From Anthoceros angustus (taxonomy: Eukaryota; Plantae; Anthocerotophyta): a stretch of 52,948 nt of DNA. The notes below the pieces were generated by a model, which was not told the origin of the DNA, did not search any database, and saw nothing but the letters and a program-made list of their open reading frames with translations. Shown here in pieces: positions 21,710-32,913 of the stretch. A program made the translations under genes and the position numbers. Location of the stretch: positions 1-52,948 of the forward strand of contig VJWM01000337.1 of assembly GCA_010909165.1 (NCBI GenBank). The letters are read 5' to 3'. Positions within the stretch are counted from its first letter, which is position 1. Each line of letters opens with the position of its first letter.

Positions 21710-23269
21710 AGGCCTTCCACATACAACCTCCCTTGGGTGACCCTCTGCAGTCACCTTTTCCAATATTCTATTCCTACATGACATTTAATGTCGGCACCTA
21801 AGTCTATTATGCATTTGGTAAATTCTATTCTAGCAACTTCACCTAAGTCTATCCTCGAAGGATGTCGATTACATCACTATCCTTCCTATTCTTCTACCTA
21901 GCATTTATGGTCCCTTGACCATATCTAGTCTTCACCTATTTGGGTGACGTGTCCTTGGTGGATTGGCTCCCTCGCCCTCCTTTTGCTCTTGCCCTTCCCG
22001 GATCCGCTTCCTAATGTGTGGGGCAAGTACAATCTTGCCCCTTCCTCCATCTCCATGGGCGGCGTGATTCCTCGGCCCTCCGGCAATCGCTTCCCGCGCA
22101 CCTAGGCGCCTTCTCCATCTCCGTCGCCTTCGCGATCATTCATCGCACCCTACCGCGGTAGTCGGCGGACTACCGTGGTAGTCGGCGGACTACCGTGGTA
22201 GTCGGCTAACTCTCCTTCCTTCTTTCCTCTTCCTCCGCTCGGTGAGGTTTCTTGGGTCGGGATCTTCATTGCTCTTTGCCTTTTGTGGTTGTCCATACCT
22301 ATCATGAGCACCCTTCATCCCCATCGCCCACCATGATTTTCTAATCTCCGGGCCCTTTTGCGTTGGACTCCTCCTCGGGTCCGGTTCCTCCCTTACTCGT
22401 GGGATAAATTCCTCACCCTTCCCTTCCTCCAGGTCGGACCGTCATAGTTTCCTCCGGTGGGGTTGTCTCTCCCACCACCCAATTTCCTCCTTTAGGGGTA
22501 CTGCACCCCGGCCTTTCCATCTTGATTGGGCGCGTCCCAACTCCCCAACAAGCTGCCGTGCCCTCCTCGGTAGTCGGCGGACTACGGCGTGTGGCGTCCC
22601 CACGGTGATGCAGCTACCGTGGTAGGGTGGTCACCTCAGGTAGGGTGACCCCATGGGCTTTCCCCTCCTTGCTCTCGCGCCGTCTCGATCCTTTTGGCGG
22701 TGGCTCCTTCACCTCGACTCCTCAGTTCCTCGGAGTCCATTTCGTGATGGCCTCATCAAAATCGGCCCCTAACTCCTCCTTCTTCTCCTCGCTCGGTGAT
22801 GAGGTTTCTTGGGTCGGGATCTTCATTGCTCTTTGCCTTGTGGTTGTCCATACCTATCATGAGCACCCTTCATCCCCATCGCCCACCATGTTTGCTAATC
22901 TCTCGGGCCCTTTTGCGTTGGACTCCTCCTCGGGTCCGGTTCCTCCCTTACTCGTGGGATAAGGGATTCCTCACCCTTCCCTTCCTCCGTGGTCGGACCC
23001 GTCCTTAGTTTCCTCCGGTGGGGTTGTCTCTCCCACCACCCAGTGCTCCTTTAGGGGTACTTCTGCACCCCGGCTTTTCCATCTTGATTGGGCGCGTCCC
23101 AACTCCCCAACTGCCGTGCCCGGGCTGCCCTCGGTGATGCGGACTGGCGTGTGTCATGTCCCCACGGTCTGGCGGACTACCGTGGTGGGGTGGTCACCTC
23201 AGGTAGGGTGACCCCCTGAGGTGTCCTCTCCTTGCTCTCGCGTCTCCCGATCACGGTGTCGCGGTGGCT

Positions 23270-26200
23270 CCTTCCTCGACTCCTCAGTTCCTCGGAGTCC
23301 ATTTCGTGATGGCCTCATCAAAATCGGAGGCCTCAGGCTGCACTTGTTGCGCTCCTTGTCATCATCATGAGGACCCAATGTCCTCCTCTTGGCCAACCGT
23401 AAGACTTCATTGTTGGCCTTCAAGATCTGTTGTGGAGGTGAGCCCCAAGTTGTGATCGCATTTGGAGATCATCAATCTCCGTGGGCCACTCTCCATCTCG
23501 CACCTACCTTGTAGGCATCTCTTGAGGTGGTCAATTCTCCCACCTTCACATGGAGGTTACATTCTCCTCCCTCACTTCCTTTATTTGGCTGGCCAATTTT
23601 GCACGAAGGGCATAATGCCTTTCGCTTCCTCACCAGCATTCATGCACCACCTTCTTGTGGCGCTCCTCCTCTGAGACCTCCTTTGTTCCAGTCCTCTAAT
23701 TCTGGGCAAGCCCTCCTTCTCCGCTTGCCAAGCATTCTTTCGCGCTCCGGCTCACGGTCTTGTGCTTCTCGCTCCGGCGCTCCTCTTCCAAATTGTCGGG
23801 TCCTTCTCAACTCCTCTCCCATATCCGGATTTTGATAGCTTGAGTAGCCATCACTGCTCATGCGGCCACTCGAGTTGCACCTCCTTTCCTAGTGCCTCGG
23901 CCTTGCTTTTCCTCTCTTGCTCTAATTGGGCAAAATGCTCTTCCGCCTTTTGCCTCCAAGAATCCTTTTGGGTTGTTGCCGAATGGCTCTTTCTTGACAA
24001 CTTCCCTCGACCTTCTCCCGCTGTTCATGAGGTCGTGTGGAGCTTCTCCTGACCTTTCCAATTTGGCTGCCTTTTCATCGGACTCCATGGCCTCCAATTG
24101 CCATTTGGTCCACCTTTCTTCCGGCCATGTCTTGAGATTTCACTTCCTCTTGGCATGCCCACAAGGAGGCTGCTGGGTCCCTAGCCCCTTCAAATCCACG
24201 GTGAGTGCTTCACAAGCTCCCAGCAATTCTCCTAGGGTCCTAATTCCACCCCTCTTTCTTCTTGCTGGAAATTTCCAGCTCTCCTGCCCCGGGCCGCCAG
24301 GTCCCTTCACTCGCTCCATCCGCTCTCCCACCCAGCGCGGAGATGGTGGCCTCGGCGCCGCTCGCGGCTCGCGTTCTTCTCCTTCCCCTTCCCACCCGTG
24401 GCTGTTTGGCGTGGTGCTGCCTACCGCGGTGGGCTGCTCCCCGTGGTAGTCGCCTACCATGGTGGTGGCCCTACAGTGTGCCCACCCCTTGGGTGGCGCC
24501 TCCCTAGGGGTCCTAATTCCACCCCTCTTCTTCTTGCTCGCTCCTCTTGCTTCTAGCATTCCTCTCGGGCCATCAGCCCTCCCTTCATCGCTCCATCCGC
24601 TCTCCCACCCGGCGGAGATGGTGGCCTCGGCGCCGCTCGCGGCACCTCGCTTCTCCTTCCTTCCACCTTGCAGAGGCTGCTTGCTGGCGTGGGGTGCACC
24701 TACAGCGGTGGCTCGTGGTGTGCCTACCTACCATGGTGGTGGCCGCCTACCAGTGATGCCCACCCCTTGGGTGGGCGCCTCCCTAGGGGTAGTCAGCCGG
24801 GGTGCCTCTCTCGTAGGCACAAAGGAGATGGTGGGGACTCCCCCACTCGGTATCACCCCTCCTGTGGTCCTTCTCTCATAGACCACCATTCGGCCTTCTC
24901 GGCCTGCTCTCTCCCTTGCTTGCTCACTGTGGGAAAGATTCCCACTCGGCAACCTTGTTGCCTCATCTTCTCCTTGCTTCTAGCATGCTTGTGGAGTCGA
25001 CCTCCCACCGTCTTCGCAATGCAAAGGCAAAGGCCTTTCCAACCTCGGTGGAGGTGGATGACCTCAAAGGGATGCCATGCATCTTCAAGCTCCTTGCTTG
25101 TGAGAGTCCCTCGGTTTCCCATAAATGCACCAAATAGGTGCTGATAGCATGGCCTTGGCCCTTCCTCATCCACAATTTGGCTTGAGGAGCTTCTCCACCT
25201 TTCCAATTTGGCTGCCTTTTCATCGGACTCCATGGCTCCAATTGCCATTTAGTCCTGCCTTCTTCCCATGTCTTGAGATTTTTTCCTCTTGGCATGCCCA
25301 CAAGGCTGCTAGGTCCTAGCCCCTTCAAATCCACACGGTGAGTGCTTCACAAGCTCAGCAATTCTCCTAGGGTCCTAATTCCTCCTTTCTTCTTCTGGAA
25401 ATTTCCAGCTCACTGCTCACCTCAGCGGTGGTGGTCCCTTCACCGCTCCATCCGCTCTCCCACAGCGGAGATGGTGGCCTCGGCGCCGCTCGCGGCACCT
25501 CGCGTTCTTCTCCTTCCCCTTCCCACCCGCCTCGGCTTGCTCGTGGCGATGGCGCTTCCTCCTCGGTCTTCCAGCCATTCTTGGCGTGGGGTGCACCTAC
25601 CGGTGGTGCCCCCCAGTGATGCCTCCCTAGGTGAGGGTGCAGTGCCTCTCGTAGGCACAAAGGAGATGGTGGGGACTCCCCCACTCTTGGGGCACCCCCC
25701 TCCGGTCCTTCTCTCATAGACCACCATTCGGCCTTCTCGGCTTCTTGCCTCTCCTTGCTCCCCTGTGGGAAAGATTCCCACTCGGCAACCTTGTTGCCTC
25801 TCTTCTCCTCTTGCATGCTTGTGGAGTCGACCTCCCACCGTCTTCCTAATGCAAAGGCAAAGGCCTTTCCAACCTCGGTGGAGATGGATGACCTCAAAGG
25901 GATGCCATGCATCTTCAAGCTCCTTGCTTGTGAGAAGTCCCTCGGTTTCCCACATAAATGCACCAAATAGGTGCTAAGGTAGCAGGCCTTGGCCCTTCCT
26001 CATCCACAATTTGGCTTGAGGAGCTTCTCCGATGGTGGATGTAGGCCTCATACATGATAGTCCCCAATCCGGCTTGGCTCCCATGGAAATCTTCCACAAA
26101 ATTGGAGGAAGTTGGTCTTTGAAATAAAGTGCGTTGGTAATTTACCAACCCCAGCACAATCTTTGCGAAGAGCCTCCACTTGACTCCTTGATGCTCTCGG

Positions 26201-27492
26201 TCTTCCAGCCATTCTTGGCGTGGGCCTTCCTCCTCCATCCATCATGTCGAGGAACTCCTGCGGGATGTCGGAGGATGTCCTCTTCCTCCATTCGACCTTT
26301 CGAGAGAGCAATTCGAGCTCTCTTCCTCCGGTCTTCCATACACTGTCGAATACTTACGGTCCAGCGGATCCGTTCTAGCATTCCCTTTCCGTGGCGGCAG
26401 GCGCTTCCGATTGATGGAGGTTGATGTAACACTCCTCAATCAATTCCAAATTGGTGTAGGCCCATTGGCGGCCATACACCCATCTAGTGGATGTTCTCCT
26501 CCTCACCGAAAATCAACCAAATCTCGGGGTTGAGCTGCGCAAAGCAAGTGAATTGAGGCATCACCTCCTCACTGGCGTAGCCCACTGCTTCTTTTTCCTT
26601 CCTCTCGAGGGAGCCTTGCGGCGGCTCCTTCCCTTGCCTTTTCCTCGAGGCATGGCACCTTCCTTTCAAGTGTTTGAGGAAGGAATTACTTCCCAATTTG
26701 GCGCTTCAAACTTTCTTGAAACACTTCTCCCCGGTGCAACACACTTCACCTGCTTCTGCGTTAGCCCTTCCAATTTTCAGCTGCGATTCTCCTCCTCCGT
26801 TGTCCTTCTTCCTCTCCGGTGGCGCGCCACCTTTGCGCCCTTCCGCTTCAATTCTTACCACTTGGTGTCCTTGCGCTCGCTCCACGCTCTCCGGTGGCCT
26901 GGTGAGCTCTCCTTTTCTTGCACTCCGCTTTTCCTTCCACGGTCTCCGCCTCGCTTGGTTCTTCCTCTCGATGGCGCTTCTCGCGGCGATGGCGGCTTCT
27001 CGCGGCGATGGCGCGCTTCTCGCGGCGATGGCGTCTTCCTTTCAAGTGAAAGGAATTACTTCCCAATTTGATTTGGTGCTCCAGCTTCTTCAAACACTTC
27101 TCCCCGGGTAGCAACACCTCTTCCTGCAGCCACGTTAGCCACAGCCCAATTTTTCTGCTCCTCCTCCGTTGTCCTTCTTCCTCTCGAGGCATGGCACCTT
27201 CCTTCCTTTTGCGCCTTCCTTCAATTCTTTTCCTGTTTCCTTGGCTCGCTCCACCTCTCCTTGGCGGCGTGGCGAGCTCTCCTTGCTGCACTCCGCTTTT
27301 TCCTTCCTTCCACTTCTCCGCCTCCTTGGGTTGTTCTCCTCCTCCTTTCCGCCTCGGCTTGCTCGTGGCGATGGCGCTTCTCGCGGCGATGGCGGCTTCC
27401 TTCCTTTTGCGTTTACGCTCCAACGCCGACTCGCTCTTGTTCTTCGAAGTGGAAGGCGGCCAAGCGCACTTTGCCTCCTTTGGATGCGCCAC
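23270..27492 (-). pseudogene. LTR-internal accessory ORF (ORF X), frameshifted, 3' LTR copy
   Basis: Protein-like peptides recur across LTR copies: basic N-terminus ERKRKRKE, LNPEIWLI..EEENIH, WVYGRQWAYTNLELIEECYINL, GVKWRLFAKIVLGLVN, YLSTYLVHLWETEGLLTSKELEDAW, QLEAMESDEKAAKLE. Confidence 0.55.
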
Positions 27493-27590
27493 GGCGGCAC
27501 AACCCTAGATTGGTTCATCATTCCAAAATCCTAATTCTATCTAAACTACCTATTTTCCTATTCTCGCTATCCTAATTAAGCTTCTAATTA

Positions 27591-27630
27591 CTATATATAT
27601 TTATTCCCTATTGGTGAGCATATATAGTGG
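27591..27630 (-). promoter_or_regulatory. AT-rich TATA/CCAAT-like island upstream of ORF X (also ~45920, ~47400, ~51980)
   Basis: Minus strand CCACTATATATG..CCAAT..TAAATATATATAG in otherwise GC-rich sequence, ~100 nt before the ORF X start region. Confidence 0.45.
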
Positions 27631-27948
27631 ATATCCTCTATTCTAAATTTCCTTTTAGCGAGATTGTCGGTCGGTGATGCGCGGCTTGATGATCCCTTGA
27701 CTCGGCGTGGTGTGGCGACCTACGGTGGTAGTCCGACCTACCAACCTTTGGCCCTCCACCAAATGCGTCGTTTGACCCGTTCTTCCTCTGGGATATCCTT
27801 TTTCGCCTTCCTAACAATATCCTACAACTCCGACTTCAAGATTCTCGAAATTTCTTGGCATGCTCCTCTTCAATCGTTCTAGCCAAAAAAATCAAACTTG
27901 TTTGTCTTGGCTCTTTTGGGCTGGTTGCCCAAACTTTTGCGTTCCACA

Positions 27949-27962
27949 TACTCCCCACCTCA
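27949..27962 (-). promoter_or_regulatory. Polypurine tract
   Basis: Minus strand TGAGGTGGGGAGTA immediately before the LTR TG. Confidence 0.85.
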
Positions 27963-27984
27963 TCTGTTTGCGTCCTAAACAACA

Positions 27985-29200
27985 GTCCTCGTGAGGTACT
28001 TCTTGACCTTCCACCCATTGACTCACTGGTCGCCGCCCGAGTTACCGGATCCATTCTCGTATCTGCGACCACCTCGTAAGGTCCCATCCATCTCTAAGCT
28101 TCCTGGAAAGTCTAGGTACCGACTATCATATAGAAGAACCAAATCCCGTCCACGATAGTCTCTTGCTTCCTTAACTTCCCATCATGCCGATCTTTTACGA
28201 GTTCACGAATCCATGTGTTTCTTCTAAAGCATCCTCCCTATGCTCCTCTGTGCTGAAGCTTCTAACCTAGCTACGACTATCCTCTCTCATCCGTTCATCC
28301 TCCATGATCATGGTAGGTACTTCAAATTCCACGGGCATCACGGAGACATGCCATATGTTAGATAATATGGTGTCTTCTTTGTGGTTATCTTCTCATGCGG
28401 TCCTGTAGGCCCACAATGCGAGTGCAACTTAGCATCCCAATCATACATGTGCGTCCACGATTACCTTGGTGAGGATTGTGCAGAGCAACCCATTCGTCTT
28501 CTCCGTCAGTCCGTTTGCCTTTGGGTTGTAAGGAGTCGTCTTCCGATGCCGGATGTTGAAGTAGGTGGTTAGGGACTCGACGACCGAGTTGAGGAAATGT
28601 GTCCCCCGGTCGCTGACCAACTCTAAAGGACATCCGTACCTCGTTATGATGTTCTCGAATAAAAATTTGGCCACTGCAGGTGCGTCATCCTTCCTCGTTG
28701 CTTCCGCTTCCACCATCTTTGTACAATAGTCCGTGGCCACCAAAATGTACTGCTTCTTAGTCCATTGCGTTGGTGGTTTGATCGGTCCTACGAAGTCGAT
28801 CCCCCACTTCTCGAAAGGTGCCAGTGGTAAGATGTAGGTAAGAGGCCATTGTGTCGACAACGTGGCCGTCCAACCCTCGACACGCGTCACACCTCGGTGA
28901 ACTCCCACATCCTTTTGCATCGTAGCCCACGAATCCGCATTCAAAATCTTCTTAACGGTCACTGTGCGAATAGTGTCCACCGCCTCTTACGCATGTAATG
29001 CCTCCGTGACAGTGAAGCTTCTTCAGCGTCGAGGCATCTCCGAATTTCGTCCGGACCTTGTTTATGCAGGACACCGCCCTCAGCGGTAGGCGAGGCTTTA
29101 TGGAGAAAGACTCGCCCTCACGGACAACCCCGGGCATGGTTCCATGCTCCGAAATTTCGTACCTCCCATTCAGCATATCTCGGACACGAACGCCCCTCGC
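27985..29200 (-). pseudogene. pol: gypsy integrase (zinc-binding region, rve core, GPY tail; no chromodomain seen)
   Basis: Open 179-aa core 28441-28980: FEKWGIDFVGP, YILVATDYCTK, RYGCPLELVSDRGTHF, TTPYNPKANGLTEKTN; across frameshifts DWD.KL..LWAYRT, GDLVLLYDSR, WMGPYEV. Confidence 0.96.
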
Positions 29201-31130
29201 GTTCCAATCTCCTCCTCCCGGGCGTACCACGTCGCCTCCTCTAGCTTCGGTGGCAGCCCCAAGTGGCGTGGATCTATCCGTAAATCCGCCGCCTCTTGCT
29301 TCTCCTAGGTTCACATACTTGGTTTGCGGCTCATGCATACTCCTTCTCGACAATGGGCCGACTTCGCCTTCTTACGCGGCACGGCCTCACGTCTTGGCCC
29401 CTCGTGCCCCCATCGCCTCCTTGCTTCTCCCTAGGTTCACATACTTTGCGGCTCATCGCATACTCCTCTTCGGCAATGGGCCGACTTCTTCGCGGCTGGC
29501 CTCACGTCTTGGCCCCTCGTGCCCCATGTCGCCTCATGGCGATTTCCCATGAATCACCATTTCTCCTCCTGCAGTTTTCTTCAAGCTTGTCATGGGATGC
29601 ATCTCCTTCCTGTTGCCAACTCGTGGCCTCCACTTGCAGCTCTGACTGCTCACCCTTGAGGCATTTCAGCCTCCTCGCGCCCATGCTGGCGCTCCTATCC
29701 TCTCGGATCTCCAGTTGTCCTGCTGCGGCTTTCACTGCGCGTTCCCTTCTTGCTCACTTGGCCTCTCTTCTAGCAACAAGACTTGCTGATCACTTCTTAG
29801 GCCGTCTTCATTATGCTCGTGTCCTTCCCCTTGACCAGTCGTGGCGACCAACTCCTCGTCGAAATCGGTCGTGGCCTCAAGTCGCTCTCCGGTTTCGGCG
29901 AGAAATGAAATCAGCGTTCGATGTTGCTTTCACTGGTGGTTTCGTCGTAGTCAAACTCTTGCAGCTAGTACCCACGGCAATCCTTCACGACAAATCGGCT
30001 TGTTGACAAGATACTTCAGCAAAATGGTCAACATGAAGCGTCACCTTGCAAGCAAGCGAGATAGTGTCTAAACTTCTTACGAGTAAATGATACCAAGACC
30101 CTCCTCCGTGGTTGAGTAGTTCTTTTCAGCGTCGAGGCATCTCCGAATTTCGTCCGGACCTTGTTTATGGACACCGCCCTCAAGCGGTAGGCGAGGCTTT
30201 ATGGAGAAAGACTCGCCTCCTGGACAACCCCGGGCATGGTTCCATGCTCCGAAATTTCGTACCTCCCATTCAGCATATCTCGGACACGAACGCCCCTCGC
30301 GTTCCAATCTCCTCCTCCCGGTACGTCGCCTCACCTAGCTTCGTCGGTGGCAGCCCCAAGTGGCGTGGATCTATCCGTAAATCCATCGCCTCCTTGCTTC
30401 TCCCTAGGTTCACATACTTCGGGTCGCAGCTCATTTGCATACTCCTTTTCCAGCAATGGGCCGACTTCGCCTTCTTCTGCCGGCCTGGCCTCACGTCTTG
30501 GCCCCGCTCGTGCCCCCATGATCGCCTCATGGGCGATTTCCCATGATCCTGCCATTTCCTCCTCCTGCAGTTTTCTTCAAGCTTGTCATGGGATGCATCT
30601 CCTTCCTGTTGCCAACTCGTGGCCTCCACTTGCAGTACTCCTGACTGCTCACCCTTGAGGAGCATTTCAGTCTCCTCCTCGCGCCCATGCTGGCGCCGTC
30701 CTATCCTCTCGGATCTCCAGTTGTCCTGCTGCGGCTTTTCACACTGGCGTTCCCTTCTCACTTGGCTCTCTTCTAACAAGACTTGATCACTTCTTAGGCC
30801 GTCTTCATTATGCTCGTGTCCTTCTCCTTGACCAGTCGTGGCGACCAACTCCTCGTCGAAATCGGTCGTGGCCTCAAGTCGCTCTCCGGTTTGGAGAAAT
30901 GAAATCAGCGTTACGATGTTGCTTTCCTGTGCGGTTTTCGTCGTAGTCAAACTCTTGCAGCGATGGTACCCACGGCAATCCTTCGACAAATCGGCTTGTT
31001 GACAAGATACTTCAGCGCAATGGTCAACATGAAGCGTCACCTTGCAAGCAAGCGGATAGTGTCTAAACTTCTTACGAGTAAATGATACCAAGACCCTCCG
31101 CTCCGTGGTTGAGTAGTTCTTTTCGCGTCA
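29026..31130. repeat. 1103-bp tandem duplication spanning RNase H C-terminus to integrase N-terminus
   Basis: GCGTCGAGGCATCTCC at 29026 and 30129; chimeric ORF 30077-30334 IRRCLDAE/KNYSTTE. Confidence 0.92.
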
Positions 31131-31413
31131 TGTGTCTACGCATAGAAAATCGGATGATCCGTTTCTTCTCGTCCTTCGGCTTAAGAGCGGTCCCAATGGC
31201 ATAGCGGACACATCGTATACATGAAGCGGTTTTCCCAATCGGTGGTTGTAAGTTGGCGCTCACCAAGCATCCTTCAAGCTGGAAAAGCCTCACCTCGCGT
31301 TGTCCATTCGAGCGGTGTATCCTTTTGGTCAATTGTGTCAACAAGGCTGCCTTCTTGGCGAAATCCTTGATGAACCTCACGTAATATCCTACCAGCCCTA
31401 CAAAAGCACGCAC
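30880..31413 (-). pseudogene. pol: gypsy connection and RNase H, frameshifted
   Basis: RAFVGLVGYYVRFIKDFAKKAALLTQLTK, YAIGTAL, KNYSTTE, KKFRHY; across frameshifts LQEFD and NADF. Confidence 0.92.
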
Positions 31414-31449
31414 TTTGCCTCACCGTTTGTGTGCGTCCATCTCGACTAT

Positions 31450-31990
31450 ATTTGCTACCTTCTCCTTATCTACACGCAATCCTCGCTCACGAAACTCGAT
31501 GTGCCAGCAGATACCCTCTGTCATACCAAAATAACACTTCCGGATGAAGTTTCATGTTCGACTCTGCATCTCGAAACATTGTCTTAAATGATCTAGATGC
31601 GAGTTCCCTCCCAACACACGAAATCATCTAGGAATACCTCCATGAACTTCGGAAAATCTCGGAATATAGCGTTCACCACTCGTTGAAAGTGGCGGGGCGT
31701 TACACAACCCGAAGGGCAGCTTGGAATAGCGTAAGTTCCCAATCGGTTGTGAGCGTGTCTTATCTGATCCTCCTTCCTCAGCAATGATTGTACCCGGTAC
31801 CCATCGAGCCATTTCATGGCCAGCCCTGTCTAACCTGTCCATGAAAGGCAAGGTGATGATCCTTCTTCGTTGCTTCATTAAGTTTCACGAAATCTTGACA
31901 CACCGAACCTTTCCTGCTTCTTGGTACAATTCGATGGGCAACCCACTCCTTTGGTAAGCCGGATAAATCACCCCTCAAGTATTGGTCGGT
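31450..31990 (-). pseudogene. pol: gypsy reverse transcriptase, frameshifted
   Basis: GVIYP, LPFMDRLD.AGHE, PFGLCNAP, FQRVVNAIF, KFMEVFLDDF. Confidence 0.94.
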
Positions 31991-32539
31991 GATCCTTAAC
32001 GACCATGGAATACTTGGGATTGACGGTATTGCTTGATCCTTGGTGTCTTGCCTCCTTCAAATCAATTCGATGTATCCCGGTTCTCATTCTGTCATGTCGT
32101 AATCTTGAAGGCAAACACATCGACATACTCTAAGCATGCTGAAACTCTTCTTTTCACCTAGATACTTAGAAACCTTGACTACCTTGCGGGTTCTAACTCT
32201 AAGTCCTCCACGCGTCGGATCTACATATGTTCCTTGATGCTGCCTATCTTGGTTCGGATCCCTCTTAGGAAAGTCTCGCTCATAAGCTTTGCCCTTCCAA
32301 AAGGCTACTCCTTCTCTATGGGCCTCATCTTGATTCTTCTGACTTCCTCTATATGTAAGCAGGTATACACCAAAATCACTCTTTATTTGACCTCGTGAGG
32401 ACCCGATATGCTCGATCCTTTGCAGGAGCTTACCCCGTGCTACGAGGTGTACCGTCGGTGGGTTGCAGACTCCCCTCATAAGGAGCCTTACTCCATGACA
32501 CAAAAGCAATCGCGCGGTCCGTTCTCTTGGACTTGAAGG

Positions 32540-32860
32540 TGATGCCACTCGACCAAAATCAAAAACACACGCGTACCATACAACCAAGGCCTACCTATCA
32601 AAACCTTATAGCCTAGATCCGAGCGGCGCATCACAATGTAGGTAAGATGGAAGGTGAGTCCCCAATTCTGGGCACGTCCTTGACACCCCTAGTGGCTTTC
32701 TCCTTATGCAGTCGGCCATCCGTAAAAATACTCGGGCGGGTGAAACTCGGTGAACCCGAGTTGATGAGCCGTCTCCTCCGTCATCAAGTTGACTCGATCC
32801 GAATCTAATGGCACGTCGGGCACCAAACACCCGCAATTTCAACCTCAATCTCGGGTGCCC
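32540..32860 (-). pseudogene. pol: gypsy aspartic protease, frameshifted
   Basis: Reconstructs PLDSGS.VNLMTE, FLRMAD..RKPLG, LIGRPWLYG. Confidence 0.8.
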
Positions 32861-32913
32861 CAAATCAATGAGTTCGACCACATTTACCTCCGGCTTTCTC
32901 CTCTACTTGAGGA

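Larger units (their letters stand above)
20782..27948 (-). repeat. 3' LTR (7167 bp including internal duplications)
   Basis: Minus strand begins TGTGGAACG right after the PPT and ends CTACCACA; colinear with 37106-47784. Confidence 0.88.

Noticed and set aside
22627-27575. Many Ser/Pro/Leu-rich plus-strand ORFs across the LTRs (also 38241-47387, 50155-52016)
   Set aside because: Antisense to ORF X and explained by C/T-rich composition; no recognisable motifs
27949-28200. Chromodomain or env-like ORF after gypsy integrase
   Set aside because: Integrase GPY tail ends ~30 nt before the PPT, leaving no room, and no such motifs were seen
29200-30900. Archaeal-type RNase H (Tat/Ogre feature)
   Set aside because: Diagnostic FDG, NN.AEY and GDS motifs were not found in any frame I could read
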